From a virus (taxonomy: Duplodnaviria > Caudoviricetes), in the IMG/VR virus record IMGVR_UViG_3300037461_000445, positions 1-39,922 of that record: a stretch of DNA of 39,922 bases; one strand, 5' to 3'. Within the stretch, counting starts at the first letter, position 1, and each line of letters begins with the position of its first letter. The notes beneath the pieces are model-generated. The model was given only the letters and a program-made list of their open reading frames with translations. It was not told the origin of the DNA and did no database searches. This document shows, piece by piece, positions 9,557 to 18,384 of this stretch. The position numbers and the translations under genes were made by a program.

Positions 9557-9589
9557 ACTCTTAATTAATAGCAAATTACGTGCCTGCAA

Positions 9590-10150
9590 TCATTTTCCCG
9601 GTATCTTCCGGCTCGAATATATCAAGCTCACTACAATAGCGATACAACGTCTTGCGGTTAATTCCCAGCTTTTCCGCAGTTTCTGTTTTTGTTTTAATAC
9701 TTCAATAGCCGCTAAAATATAATCCTTTGTTGTTTCTTCCTGATACGCTTTTAGCGATTCCTTGGAAACAGAGTCTATAAATGGGGCAAAATCGCCACAT
9801 CTAAGCATGTTTTTTACAACCTGCAGAGCCTCTTTTTTCGTTACCGAAAATATTTTCCAAATAAAATTTATGTTGCTGGATTGTGCCAGCAAAACAATGT
9901 CGTTGCTATACCGGTACTCTATTGCTTCAAGGCGCGGCTCGTTCCCGCTGATGTCTTCGATAACCAACCAGTTAGCCATTCGGTCATCGTCCTGCTTTTC
10001 GGCCTCCAGTTTTTCAAGGTCGAATTTTAAAATACAGTCCCAGCAAATCAACTTTCCCCGGTGTGTTGGATAGTCTTCATTTTCAAATAAGAATTTAACA
10101 TGCGTTCTTAGATTGTACTTTGTGTCTTTGCCGCAGTATCCGCATTCCAT
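9590..10150 (-). CDS. hypothetical protein with N-terminal CxxC...CxxC
   Basis: MECGYC...ICWDC. Confidence 0.6.
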   Translation of the reverse strand: MECGYCGKDTKYNLRTHVKFLFENEDYPTHRGKLICWDCILKFDLEKLEAEKQDDDRMANWLVIEDISGNEPRLEAIEYRYSNDIVLLAQSSNINFIWKIFSVTKKEALQVVKNMLRCGDFAPFIDSVSKESLKAYQEETTKDYILAAIEVLKQKQKLRKSWELTARRCIAIVVSLIYSSRKIPGK

Positions 10151-10159
10151 ACCGGTACC

Positions 10160-11077
10160 CTATTTTATAACGGTTCGCTTCATCTGTTCACTGCATTCCA
10201 GTTGCGGGATTTGAGCGTATTTTTTATCAGCTAAGAAGCGGAGCAACGCTGCGTAGTTTTGCTTTCTGCTTTTTTTGTCGCTGAATGTTTTCAAAAAGGC
10301 ATAGGTAAAGGCGCCGCAATTTTTACCGTCAATATAGACGTCCTGGGCATACTGCCACCAAGCAGCCGCCGCCCAAAGCACCCAATTTTCTTTCTGCGGA
10401 TGAAACATTTCAGCGTCAACATACGACAAACCCTTTAAAACCTCATTCATTTTTATCTCGCCGTTTTCAATGTACTTTACCCTATCGCCTGAAGACGCTT
10501 TCCTGAGACCCGTACCCGAAAAACAGCAATCCAGCCAGACTTCCACCGATACCCTGTCCGGAACCTGGCTAAAAATGTTGTATAAATCGTCATCTAAAAT
10601 GACGTAGTCAGGATCTAGGCCTATACCCTTTTTGCGCGAGTCGTAGCAAAGAAAGCCCTGGTCAAGGCCGGTCTGTTCGTCCCCGTCGCGGTCGATCATG
10701 TGGCAGCCGTGTGTTGAGACAAAAAGCAAAATCTTGGTGACGCTTCTATCTGATTTAGATAGATTTACGATTGTATTCAGGGTTGAAATGATGTTGTTTT
10801 TTGTCGCTATTTTGTCGATGTAGACTGAGCAGAGGCAATTATCAAAATTCTGTTCAAAAAATTTACCCATGGCCAGAGCGTCGTTCACACACCCGCCCAG
10901 ATCGTGACCTGGCAGATCTGGGAATGTGTTGATCCCGACCGACAGTGACAGGGTTCTTTTCTGATTTACGGCCGTATTCTGTATTTCGCTCATTTCGATT
11001 AATCCGGTTTCGGGTGATATTGGGTTTTTGGTTGAGCAACTTAAAAGCAAGATTGCCGATATACACAGATATTTCAT
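10160..11077 (-). CDS. metacaspase (peptidase C14) with lipoprotein signal peptide
   Basis: VGIN...LGGCVNDA, STHG catalytic His, DGDEQTGLDQ, ILDDDL, WLDCCFSGT catalytic Cys, GAFTYA, QIPQL; lipobox LLS-C; RBS GAGG. Confidence 0.9.
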   Translation of the reverse strand: MKYLCISAILLLSCSTKNPISPETGLIEMSEIQNTAVNQKRTLSLSVGINTFPDLPGHDLGGCVNDALAMGKFFEQNFDNCLCSVYIDKIATKNNIISTLNTIVNLSKSDRSVTKILLFVSTHGCHMIDRDGDEQTGLDQGFLCYDSRKKGIGLDPDYVILDDDLYNIFSQVPDRVSVEVWLDCCFSGTGLRKASSGDRVKYIENGEIKMNEVLKGLSYVDAEMFHPQKENWVLWAAAAWWQYAQDVYIDGKNCGAFTYAFLKTFSDKKSRKQNYAALLRFLADKKYAQIPQLECSEQMKRTVIK

Positions 11078-11162
11078 ATTATCCTCGTGTTAAGGGCGCG
11101 CCCAGGGTTTATGAGACTTGGCAAACCTCTCCAGAAAAGCCGCGTCCCCTGGGCGCTTAAAA

Positions 11163-11723
11163 TCATTCAACGACAACCACGCACAGCACACGATACACCG
11201 GCGGCGGAACCTCTTCCGGCTGCATTTCGTAGCCATATTCCGGCGCGTCGCTTTGATACGCCACAAAATCACCGTTTTGATAAAGGCCGAAATTGCGGTT
11301 TTTAAGGATAATCGAGCTTGTACCATGGGCCTTGCATTGAAATTTCATGGTACACAGGCGCCCGTCCTGCGCTGGCGGATCCCCCATCTTGACAACCCTG
11401 GACACAGCAACAAAGGTTTCGTTGGTGTCATCGTCCTTCACCCGATTGGTGATAAGATCGGTTTCAAACCCGGCCCACAGATCGCCGACCGATGAATCCA
11501 CATTGACAACGCTGCCAGTTTTCAGCACCGGCGCAATGACGGACTCCTGATAATAGAGGTTGAATCCGGCCAGAACGGCGGGCCCAAGACCCTGCAAATC
11601 GACACTGACAAGAACCGCCTCGTTGATTTTTTTTCTGATAACCGGTACGGTCATCAGGCCCGACAAGTTGCCAGGCTCAGAATCGCTGCTAAACTTTGCA
11701 AAAAGCTCTTTTAACTTTGCCAT
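11163..11723 (-). CDS. stand-alone cohesin-domain protein
   Basis: VLVSVDLQGL...AGFNLYYQESVI...VGDLW...FVAVSR...DGRLCTMKFQCKAHGTSSIIL matches the cohesin beta-sandwich consensus; RBS GAGGG before MAKLK. Confidence 0.7.
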   Translation of the reverse strand: MAKLKELFAKFSSDSEPGNLSGLMTVPVIRKKINEAVLVSVDLQGLGPAVLAGFNLYYQESVIAPVLKTGSVVNVDSSVGDLWAGFETDLITNRVKDDDTNETFVAVSRVVKMGDPPAQDGRLCTMKFQCKAHGTSSIILKNRNFGLYQNGDFVAYQSDAPEYGYEMQPEEVPPPVYRVLCVVVVE

Positions 11724-11730
11724 TTGTCCC

Positions 11731-12306
11731 TCACTTTTTAGTTGATTGTCCAATGTTGTTTATGAAATAGATATGATCAAGAGCATCGATCATGCCATTC
11801 CCGTCAACGTCCCAGGCCGAATTATAGCCAGGCATTCCCTTGCGCAGCCCGAGCATTCCAGTGCGCCAGAAAATAGCAGAATCAAGAACGTTTACAACAC
11901 TGTCGCCATTGGCATCCCCGAAAAGCACACGGGTTTTTGATAGGGGGATGCTGACCGTATCCGACGGAGCCGAGTCTCCGGCCTCGTTGAATGCCTTGAC
12001 GTAAAAATAGACACGCTCGATTCCATACGTTAAAAGGCTGTCGCATGGGGCGACTATCGACGTATCGCTGGTGACAAAGCATAATTTTTTGGACCCACCG
12101 GCGACAAAGGCGAAAATCTTATACCCGTGAGTGTCGGCGCTTGGGTGCCATTTGACCAGCGCTTTTCCGTTTAGCAGGATCGGCGGGATCATTTTGACGT
12201 TGAAATTTGTTCCGGCCATACACTCGGCGTTAAAGAAAAAATCTACCAAGATAGCCAATAGAAAAACCAAAACAATGACAATTAAAACCATGATAAAAAG
12301 TTTCAT
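11731..12306 (-). CDS. exported/membrane-anchored Fn3-like plus dockerin protein
   Basis: hydrophobic N-terminus; Fn3 pattern VKW...GYKI...YFYVKAFNEAGDSAPS; duplicated Ca-binding loops GDANGDSVVNVLD and DVDGNGMIDALD. Confidence 0.8.
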   Translation of the reverse strand: MKLFIMVLIVIVLVFLLAILVDFFFNAECMAGTNFNVKMIPPILLNGKALVKWHPSADTHGYKIFAFVAGGSKKLCFVTSDTSIVAPCDSLLTYGIERVYFYVKAFNEAGDSAPSDTVSIPLSKTRVLFGDANGDSVVNVLDSAIFWRTGMLGLRKGMPGYNSAWDVDGNGMIDALDHIYFINNIGQSTKK

Positions 12307-12366
12307 TTCACACCTCGGGGAAAAGTTCTTCTTGTCCTTCATGGATTGCATTTCATTATTCTTAAT

Positions 12367-13326
12367 TTAAATAGCCACTTTTGATAAAAATCCCATAGTA
12401 TTTCTTATCCGATCATCTGCCATTTTGCAATAATCCTGATTCAGTTCCGACCCGATGTATCGCCTACCGAGCTTTGCAGCGACAAGCGCCGTTGTCCCCG
12501 CGCCCATAAATGGGTCATAAATTATCGCATCCGGTCTAGTCGTTTTTATGCAGGTCGCCGGTATTTCTTCCGGGAATGTGGCAAAGTGCGATTCTTTGTA
12601 TGGCTTGGTTGTGACGGTCCAGACGGAGCGCTTGTTTCTCATGTTATAATCATTTATTTTCAACCCACACATTTTACTACGTCCTGGCACATTGTTTAAT
12701 TTTGTATTATCACGATCTCTAATACTATTATCTGGCATTGCCGGTTCAGCAATCGCCCCAGCGTCATAATAATACTTTGCCGATTTTGTCAGTAAGAAAA
12801 TGTACTCATGCGCTTTCGTGCAGCGGTCGGTTACGCTTTCCGGCATCGGATTGGGCTTGCTCCAGATTATATCCTGTCGCAAGTACCAGCCATCAGCTTG
12901 GAGCGCAAAGGCAACACGCCAGGGAATGCCAATTATTTCCTTATTTTTAAAGCCTTGACTTTTTAACATCTTACTGTCACGCACCCTTGATAATCCTTTA
13001 CTCATAACATGAGCATTTTCTCTCGATGTACCAACAGCAAGCGTTTGTCCTATTGACTTGCAATCTTTATGCGATGAATAACTATCCCCCAAGTTCAACC
13101 AAACAGTCCCATCAGCTTTCAACGCCCGCCTTATTTCCCGAAACACTTCTACCATCTTGGCAACGTATTCCTGCGGTGTCGGCTCAAGCCCAATTTGACC
13201 GTCAGTTCCGTAATCTCTAAGACCATAGTACGGCGGCGACGTGACCACGCAATCAATAAAATTATCCGGCATTCTGGCGAGCGTTTCTATGCAATGCTCG
13301 CAATAGATTTTATCAGAATCAATCAT
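12367..13326 (-). CDS. DNA methyltransferase (beta class, SPPY type, likely N4-cytosine)
   Basis: VVTSPPY, IIWSKPNPMPES, HEYIFLL, HFATFP, DPFMGAGTT, GSELN. Confidence 0.92.
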   Translation of the reverse strand: MIDSDKIYCEHCIETLARMPDNFIDCVVTSPPYYGLRDYGTDGQIGLEPTPQEYVAKMVEVFREIRRALKADGTVWLNLGDSYSSHKDCKSIGQTLAVGTSRENAHVMSKGLSRVRDSKMLKSQGFKNKEIIGIPWRVAFALQADGWYLRQDIIWSKPNPMPESVTDRCTKAHEYIFLLTKSAKYYYDAGAIAEPAMPDNSIRDRDNTKLNNVPGRSKMCGLKINDYNMRNKRSVWTVTTKPYKESHFATFPEEIPATCIKTTRPDAIIYDPFMGAGTTALVAAKLGRRYIGSELNQDYCKMADDRIRNTMGFLSKVAI

Positions 13327-13898
13327 AATGACACCGCTGCAAATCGCGGCTGTTTTTCTTTTTCTTCCCGCCTGTGCTCATCCACCCAGACAATGAATTT
13401 CCCCTGTTTCGGCACCGCGTGAAACACGTCGGCCAACGTCGCAACCATGTCTTGCCGCGACAATCCGGCATATTGCGCCCAGGCGATCACCAACTGACAA
13501 AACCAGTTTAAAATCATGGCGGCGTCTGTGGTGTGCGAGTTCGTGAACGTCCGGCGAAATGTTGACGCGGCCATGAGTCGCTTATACTTGTCCTGAAAAT
13601 GACGCGGGTTCCACTGCCCGGTTGCAACCATGATGTGACGCGGAAAAACGTCTTGACAGGCGCGAATCTCGGCTTGCACCGTGGATGCGTCCACAAAATA
13701 TTTGCCGAAATTCTGGTATTTCTCAATCACGGCAAACTGTATATCATGGCGCTCTTTCATTTTGCGAAGAGCGTCGCAATATTTTTCAATGCTGCCATTG
13801 TCGCGAATAGTGCCAACCTCGATCAAATTCCCAAAAGGAATCAGCGAGGAAATAGCGCATCCGGTCGCCCGGCCCGGGTCGATACATACGAAATTCAT
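13323..13898 (-). CDS. RuvC-like Holliday junction resolvase
   Basis: CIDPG..TG, VIE, H..DAA acidic triad. Confidence 0.7.
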   Translation of the reverse strand: MNFVCIDPGRATGCAISSLIPFGNLIEVGTIRDNGSIEKYCDALRKMKERHDIQFAVIEKYQNFGKYFVDASTVQAEIRACQDVFPRHIMVATGQWNPRHFQDKYKRLMAASTFRRTFTNSHTTDAAMILNWFCQLVIAWAQYAGLSRQDMVATLADVFHAVPKQGKFIVWVDEHRREEKEKQPRFAAVSL

Positions 13899-14143
13899 TT
13901 CACAAGCCCTTTATGCCACTTCATGATCATTTCTTCGCGCTCTTCTTTCGGCAATTCCGAAATACCCTGCTTAGCGGAGATAACAGCCATCGCCGTGTCG
14001 TGATCAATAAACTGCGCTTTGGCGTCGCCGGTCTCGCGAATCTGTGCAATGATTATGCCTGGCTCAGAGGCGCGATTTGCCTCTGCAAACAGCGGCGCTA
14101 AAGCGTATAGCTGGTCGCGTGTTAGGTTAAAATTTCTTATCAT
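13895..14143 (-). CDS. hypothetical protein
   Basis: ATGA-coupled ORF. Confidence 0.6.
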   Translation of the reverse strand: MIRNFNLTRDQLYALAPLFAEANRASEPGIIIAQIRETGDAKAQFIDHDTAMAVISAKQGISELPKEEREEMIMKWHKGLVK

Positions 14144-14153
14144 GTTTTGCCCT

Positions 14154-14705
14154 TTATGCTAAAAATCCCTTGATCAACTCGCCAATCTGCACCGGCTCTT
14201 TTTTGCCGGATAACAGTCTTGTTTTTTCTTTCAACAGCGACGATCCTTTTAACGATTTTACAAACTGCGAACGGACTACCTGCGTAGGGGCGGATAAAAT
14301 TTCTCCGCCCCATTGAGTCAACAGCGGCAAAAGATGCAACTCGTTTGCTTTTTTCATTTTGCATTCGATTGCCGCCATGCAGGACGCGCCCATTTCCGGA
14401 TAATAGAAATTCTCGATGTACCACTTGACGCGGGAAAATGCCGCATCTGCAAGCGCTGTTTCCTCGGCCTCGATCTCGCCTGGTTCGCGAGGATCCCGCA
14501 GAAAAGCAACCGGCGGGAAAAAACCTTTTTGCGATTTGTTGTTGGCAATGTAGTATTTCGCGTTTTCCCTGACCGTATCGATATCGAGATCACGCAAAAA
14601 CTGAAAGTACATATCGATCTTTTCGCGTGTCAGATTGGCGTTGGCGCAGACCTCGGCTAATCCGGTCATCAGAATTGCAAAATCAGGTTTATCGTTATTG
14701 TCCAT
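14154..14705 (-). CDS. putative helicase loader/inhibitor (lambda P/G39P-like position)
   Basis: follows the initiator; IDMYFQFLRDL...FFPPVAFLR pattern. Confidence 0.6.
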   Translation of the reverse strand: MDNNDKPDFAILMTGLAEVCANANLTREKIDMYFQFLRDLDIDTVRENAKYYIANNKSQKGFFPPVAFLRDPREPGEIEAEETALADAAFSRVKWYIENFYYPEMGASCMAAIECKMKKANELHLLPLLTQWGGEILSAPTQVVRSQFVKSLKGSSLLKEKTRLLSGKKEPVQIGELIKGFLA

Positions 14706-15540
14706 TTGCCCATTCCATCGCTATTTTAAGGTTATTATTTACTGCCATTTTCGGCGCTTTTTGTCCTGCCTTTTGGTACTTTTCAACACGCACCCGCGCC
14801 TGATCGCCGTTGTATTTACCAGGCTTCGCATCCAGCAGCCAGAGAATAGACCCGCAACTGATGTACCATTGTTCTCCTGATAGGTTCTCATGCGCTGTGC
14901 GTACCGATTCGATCCAGCTTTTTCCGTTCACGGGCTGGCCCCGGTTTCTGGCCATAACCTCACAGGCGAAATACAGACCGTCGGAGAGCACGGGTTTTTT
15001 TAAAGCGTCCTTGGTCTCTTGTTCACTGACAACGGCGATTAAAGCGGCCCGGCCTTCGTGACCGATCGGCAGCGTTTTTGGTTTCTCGGGCGCGGGCGTT
15101 TCCGTTTCGGTCTCTGTTTCCGTTTCTGTTTCTGTTTCTGTTTGCAACGCGGTCTTACTGAAACCCTCGCGAGTCTCTCGCGAGTCCCTCGCGAGTCTCT
15201 CGATATTTTTAGGCGGTGCTGGGTTACGAATCTTTGACGGATGGTCAAGCTTTTGATGCTTAGGGAAACTCTTTATAAAATAATAGCTTTCCCCATGTGA
15301 AATAAATGGAATAATGAAATTTCCATCGACAAGTTTTTGCAGCCAATCTTTAAATTCCGCAATTGGAATGCTGTCATAAGGAAAAATTTGCGAGCGCAAC
15401 CAGTCGGCATTTCCCTTGCAAACTCCGTAATCATCCGAACATTTCCACGTCCCGATGAATAATAATCGAACATCTCGCGAAAGTTTCGCTAATTTTTCGT
15501 CATCCCAGAACTCGGGTTTGATTGTTCGTGAGCGTGCCAT
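14695..15540 (-). CDS. replication initiator (lambda O/DnaD-like N-terminus)
   Basis: MARSRTIKPEFWDDEKL...RLLFIGTW..DD.G...IFPYD; central (ET)n linker; internal iterons. Confidence 0.85.
   Translation of the reverse strand: MARSRTIKPEFWDDEKLAKLSRDVRLLFIGTWKCSDDYGVCKGNADWLRSQIFPYDSIPIAEFKDWLQKLVDGNFIIPFISHGESYYFIKSFPKHQKLDHPSKIRNPAPPKNIERLARDSRETREGFSKTALQTETETETETETETETPAPEKPKTLPIGHEGRAALIAVVSEQETKDALKKPVLSDGLYFACEVMARNRGQPVNGKSWIESVRTAHENLSGEQWYISCGSILWLLDAKPGKYNGDQARVRVEKYQKAGQKAPKMAVNNNLKIAMEWANGQ
15164..15202. repeat. tandem 11-bp repeats (CTCGCGAGTCY x3 plus a partial copy); likely origin iterons
   Basis: units start at 15166, 15177, 15188 and 15199, inside the initiator gene. Confidence 0.7.
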
Positions 15541-15738
15541 TTAAGCGTCTTTCTTGTTTGCGATAATGGAAAGCTGATCAATTCGCGCCTGCGCTTTTCG
15601 TAGGTCTTTTCTGTATTCTTTGATCTGTTCGGCGCATTGCGCGATATCGTTTTCCAGTCGCATTCGTAAAATTTCGCTGTCAATAAGAAGCTGAGTAGCT
15701 TCCTCTTTGTCCATCTCAAAAATTTCTTTCTGGTTCAT
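15541..15738 (-). CDS. small coiled-coil hypothetical protein
   Basis: RBS GAGG; heptad pattern. Confidence 0.6.
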   Translation of the reverse strand: MNQKEIFEMDKEEATQLLIDSEILRMRLENDIAQCAEQIKEYRKDLRKAQARIDQLSIIANKKDA

Positions 15739-15747
15739 TGTGTCCTC

Positions 15748-16047
15748 TTAATATTTAAGTGATCTCCGCCGAAAAGTGTTTCTTCTCGGTATCGGTTCAA
15801 AGCCTGCTGCTTTGTCCTTGGCGGCTTGATTGAGCACTTTGGTGATGTATTCTTGTTTCAAAAACTTTAGCGCCTCGATGTCCTGGCGACCGACAAACCA
15901 CCAATTGTCATCGTCCAACTCAGCCGGATTGTAAACATGCGATTTCATCTTTTTAACTTCGGCAAGAAATTGTTTCCAGTTGGCCTTAAAATCGCCAGGC
16001 TCCAACTTGAAATATATCCCGCCGTTTTTTGAGGTTTTTGCGATCAT
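15748..16047 (-). CDS. hypothetical protein
   Basis: ATG at 16047 in ATGA overlap with the upstream small ORF. Confidence 0.55.
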   Translation of the reverse strand: MIAKTSKNGGIYFKLEPGDFKANWKQFLAEVKKMKSHVYNPAELDDDNWWFVGRQDIEALKFLKQEYITKVLNQAAKDKAAGFEPIPRRNTFRRRSLKY

Positions 16048-16142
16048 CTGAAAAACCTTTTTACAAAACAATAAACATTAGGCCCGATCCAGCCGATTAC
16101 AAAACCTATTAAAAACAGTCCACAAATAATTACGATATCCAT
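16044..16142 (-). CDS. 32-aa single-TM peptide (absent from the ORF track)
   Basis: MDIVIICGLFLIGFVIGWIGPNVYCFVKRFFR*; ATGA coupling to the next gene. Confidence 0.45.
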   Translation of the reverse strand: MDIVIICGLFLIGFVIGWIGPNVYCFVKRFFR

Positions 16143-16235
16143 TTCATTTTCTCGATTTAAAAATCAGGCCCGGTAGATTTATTTATCATTCGTGCAAGTG
16201 ATTGCTGGACCTTCCAGCGCCGGGCCTGATATTCG

Positions 16236-16727
16236 TTATGCAGCTCTTTCGTAAAACTTTTTCAATCCAAGACGTTCTGCGGTTCTTTGTATGGCATGCA
16301 CAATGGCATGACATTTTGTACAAAGCCAATAAACGTCTAATGGTTTTGAGTAGTCACAATGATGTGCTTGTACGTTGTTAGCCGATTCACAAACAAAACA
16401 CTTTTCTTTTTTTAAAATACCTGATTTAATTGCAGCTCCAGTAATTATTTTTGTCGAATATCTTTCTTGGTGCTTTGCATAATAGCGAACGTTTCTTAAA
16501 GAATTTTTATTGTCACGACAAGAAAATGCAAGCGCTCTTCGGTGTTCGTTGTTTCTATATCTGTCCCTGTCGTATTCTCGGTAATATTCAATCTTTGAAT
16601 TACGATTAATGATTGCACCTATCTTTGTACAAGACTTGCATTTGTTCAAGTGGCCATCTGCCATTCGACGATGAACGTAAAATTCTGTGATCGGCTTTAC
16701 TGAGCCACATTTAAAGCATTTTTTCAT
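16236..16727 (-). CDS. HNH-type zinc-binding endonuclease-like protein
   Basis: KKCFKC..KP..EFY...NKCKSC; CFVC...AHHCDYSKPLDVYWLCTKCH. Confidence 0.75.
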   Translation of the reverse strand: MKKCFKCGSVKPITEFYVHRRMADGHLNKCKSCTKIGAIINRNSKIEYYREYDRDRYRNNEHRRALAFSCRDNKNSLRNVRYYAKHQERYSTKIITGAAIKSGILKKEKCFVCESANNVQAHHCDYSKPLDVYWLCTKCHAIVHAIQRTAERLGLKKFYERAA

Positions 16728-16735
16728 AACAAACC

Positions 16736-17212
16736 TCAAAACGGCACTGAATCATCCCCGTCCGGCGGCGCTGGAAATTCTTCGCCAGGAGGAGTAAATG
16801 GATCATGCTCTTTTCTGGCAGCATCGGCACGCGGCAAACTTCCGGCTTCCGGTGCTTCGTCGTCTGTGTGTTTGCCGCTCAAAATTTGGCAGGCGTCCGC
16901 TACGATCTCGGTTGAGTATCTCTTGTTACCGTCTTTATCATTCCAAGACCGCGTTTCCAGCCGGCCAGAGACAAGCACGCGGTCACCCTTTTTGCAATAC
17001 TGGCCGATGATCTCGGCAAGCTTGCGCCACATAACGACGCGGTGCCATTCGGTTTTTTCCTGCTTTTCCCCGTCCTGCGTCTTCCATGCGGTTGTCGTGG
17101 CCACGCTGATCGTGAGCACCGCAGCACCGGACGGTGTATATTTGACTTCCGGATCTTGCCCGAGACAGCCGATTAGGCGAACCTCATTTAGTGTTTTCTT
17201 GGTGTCGTACAT
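16736..17212 (-). CDS. ssb: single-stranded DNA-binding protein
   Basis: LNEVRLIGCLGQDPE, TEWHRVV, GRLETRSW, acidic tail DDSVPF. Confidence 0.97.
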   Translation of the reverse strand: MYDTKKTLNEVRLIGCLGQDPEVKYTPSGAAVLTISVATTTAWKTQDGEKQEKTEWHRVVMWRKLAEIIGQYCKKGDRVLVSGRLETRSWNDKDGNKRYSTEIVADACQILSGKHTDDEAPEAGSLPRADAARKEHDPFTPPGEEFPAPPDGDDSVPF

Positions 17213-17278
17213 TGTTGACCTTTCTTTTTAAAAAAGCGGCTGGCCGGTTGGTGCGTTCTTTTCCGGCTTTCTACCACC

Positions 17279-17731
17279 TCACGCTTTCGCGCAGCCGCTT
17301 TCATTTACCAAATTTTCTTTTGACGCCCAAATTATCGGCATCCACTCGCCGTAAGCGTCATTGACTATTTTTTGCATAAAATCGCGCAGCCGTGGAATGG
17401 CTGCGCTTGCTTGTTCTTTTGTCAATCCGGACAGAGTTGAAAAATGCCAATCTCCGTCCTTTTCCTGCAACCAAATATCGCGCAACGATTCCGCTCGTAA
17501 ACACTGATAATAAATATAGCTTGGCTCACAGTGCATGAAACCGGAAACAGTGGTAAAATCAAGCCAGATCGTACCCAACTGAGTAAGCGTTTTAGCTTCC
17601 GGCAAGGTCACTCTCAAGAGCGGCATTGCTTTGATAGACCGTAACCCGCTGAAATAATTATCAAACTTGTTGCGGTCTTCGCTGTTCGCGATTGATTCAC
17701 GAAACCTATTTGATTGCACGAGGATGCGCAT
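17279..17731 (-). CDS. hypothetical protein (NinB-like position)
   Basis: TAATG coupling; KTLTQ...STLSGLTKEQ loosely NinB-like. Confidence 0.5.
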   Translation of the reverse strand: MRILVQSNRFRESIANSEDRNKFDNYFSGLRSIKAMPLLRVTLPEAKTLTQLGTIWLDFTTVSGFMHCEPSYIYYQCLRAESLRDIWLQEKDGDWHFSTLSGLTKEQASAAIPRLRDFMQKIVNDAYGEWMPIIWASKENLVNESGCAKA

Positions 17732-18384
17732 TATCTTATAGTCACGCTGTCTTCTTGATAAATTCGCACGCCTGGAATTTCGCGTGTACCGGATTGCACG
17801 GCGCGGTTAATTTTTCCCGCTGCCGGTTCGCAGTATTCGCGAGGAACCATATTGGCGTCCGTGATCTCGTATTTCCAATAGGTGCGGCCCGAAGAGGTCG
17901 CGCCGGTAAAGCCAACGGCTGACGATTTCGGTTTGATTTCCTGATTCTGAACATGATCAACCGCCACGTCCAGCGCCTCGGTCGCTTCTTCATTCGCCGC
18001 GACAATCTGCTTTTCTCTTTCGGCTTCCAGCGCTGCAAGCTTTGCTTGGCGCTCTTTTTCCAAGCGTTCGGCTTCTTTGCGTTTGCACTCGGCATGATAG
18101 GCGCCGATCTTTTTACGAAACATCTCTTCAGCTTTTTCAACCTCGGCGATGAAACGTTTAAACGGAGCTTCGATTTCTGCGATGGTAGCTTTCAGCGGGT
18201 CGATCTGCGCTTTCTTTTCTTTTTCGGCGGCCTTGCGTAGATCGATTATTTTTTTCGTCCAGTCGGTTGCTTCAAAAATGGTCTGGTCGTCAATCTCGAT
18301 ATCAATCAGGCGCATCTTTATAGCGCCAAGACGCTCGATCAAAGTAACGTCCGTGATGCCTTGGTAGAGTTCGATGTCGGTCAT
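17731..18384 (-). CDS. Gp157/Gam-like coiled-coil protein
   Basis: long coiled coil, then WKYEITDANMVPREY...KINRAV..G.REIPGVRIYQE. Confidence 0.65.
   Translation of the reverse strand: MTDIELYQGITDVTLIERLGAIKMRLIDIEIDDQTIFEATDWTKKIIDLRKAAEKEKKAQIDPLKATIAEIEAPFKRFIAEVEKAEEMFRKKIGAYHAECKRKEAERLEKERQAKLAALEAEREKQIVAANEEATEALDVAVDHVQNQEIKPKSSAVGFTGATSSGRTYWKYEITDANMVPREYCEPAAGKINRAVQSGTREIPGVRIYQEDSVTIR

Noticed and set aside
5315-13326. Restriction-modification system
   Set aside because: Both methylases lack an adjacent restriction endonuclease; orphan methylases are common in phages
15098-15202. CRISPR array or phase-variable microsatellite
   Set aside because: No spacers; the hexamer unit is in frame and degenerate, coding an ET linker common in phage initiators
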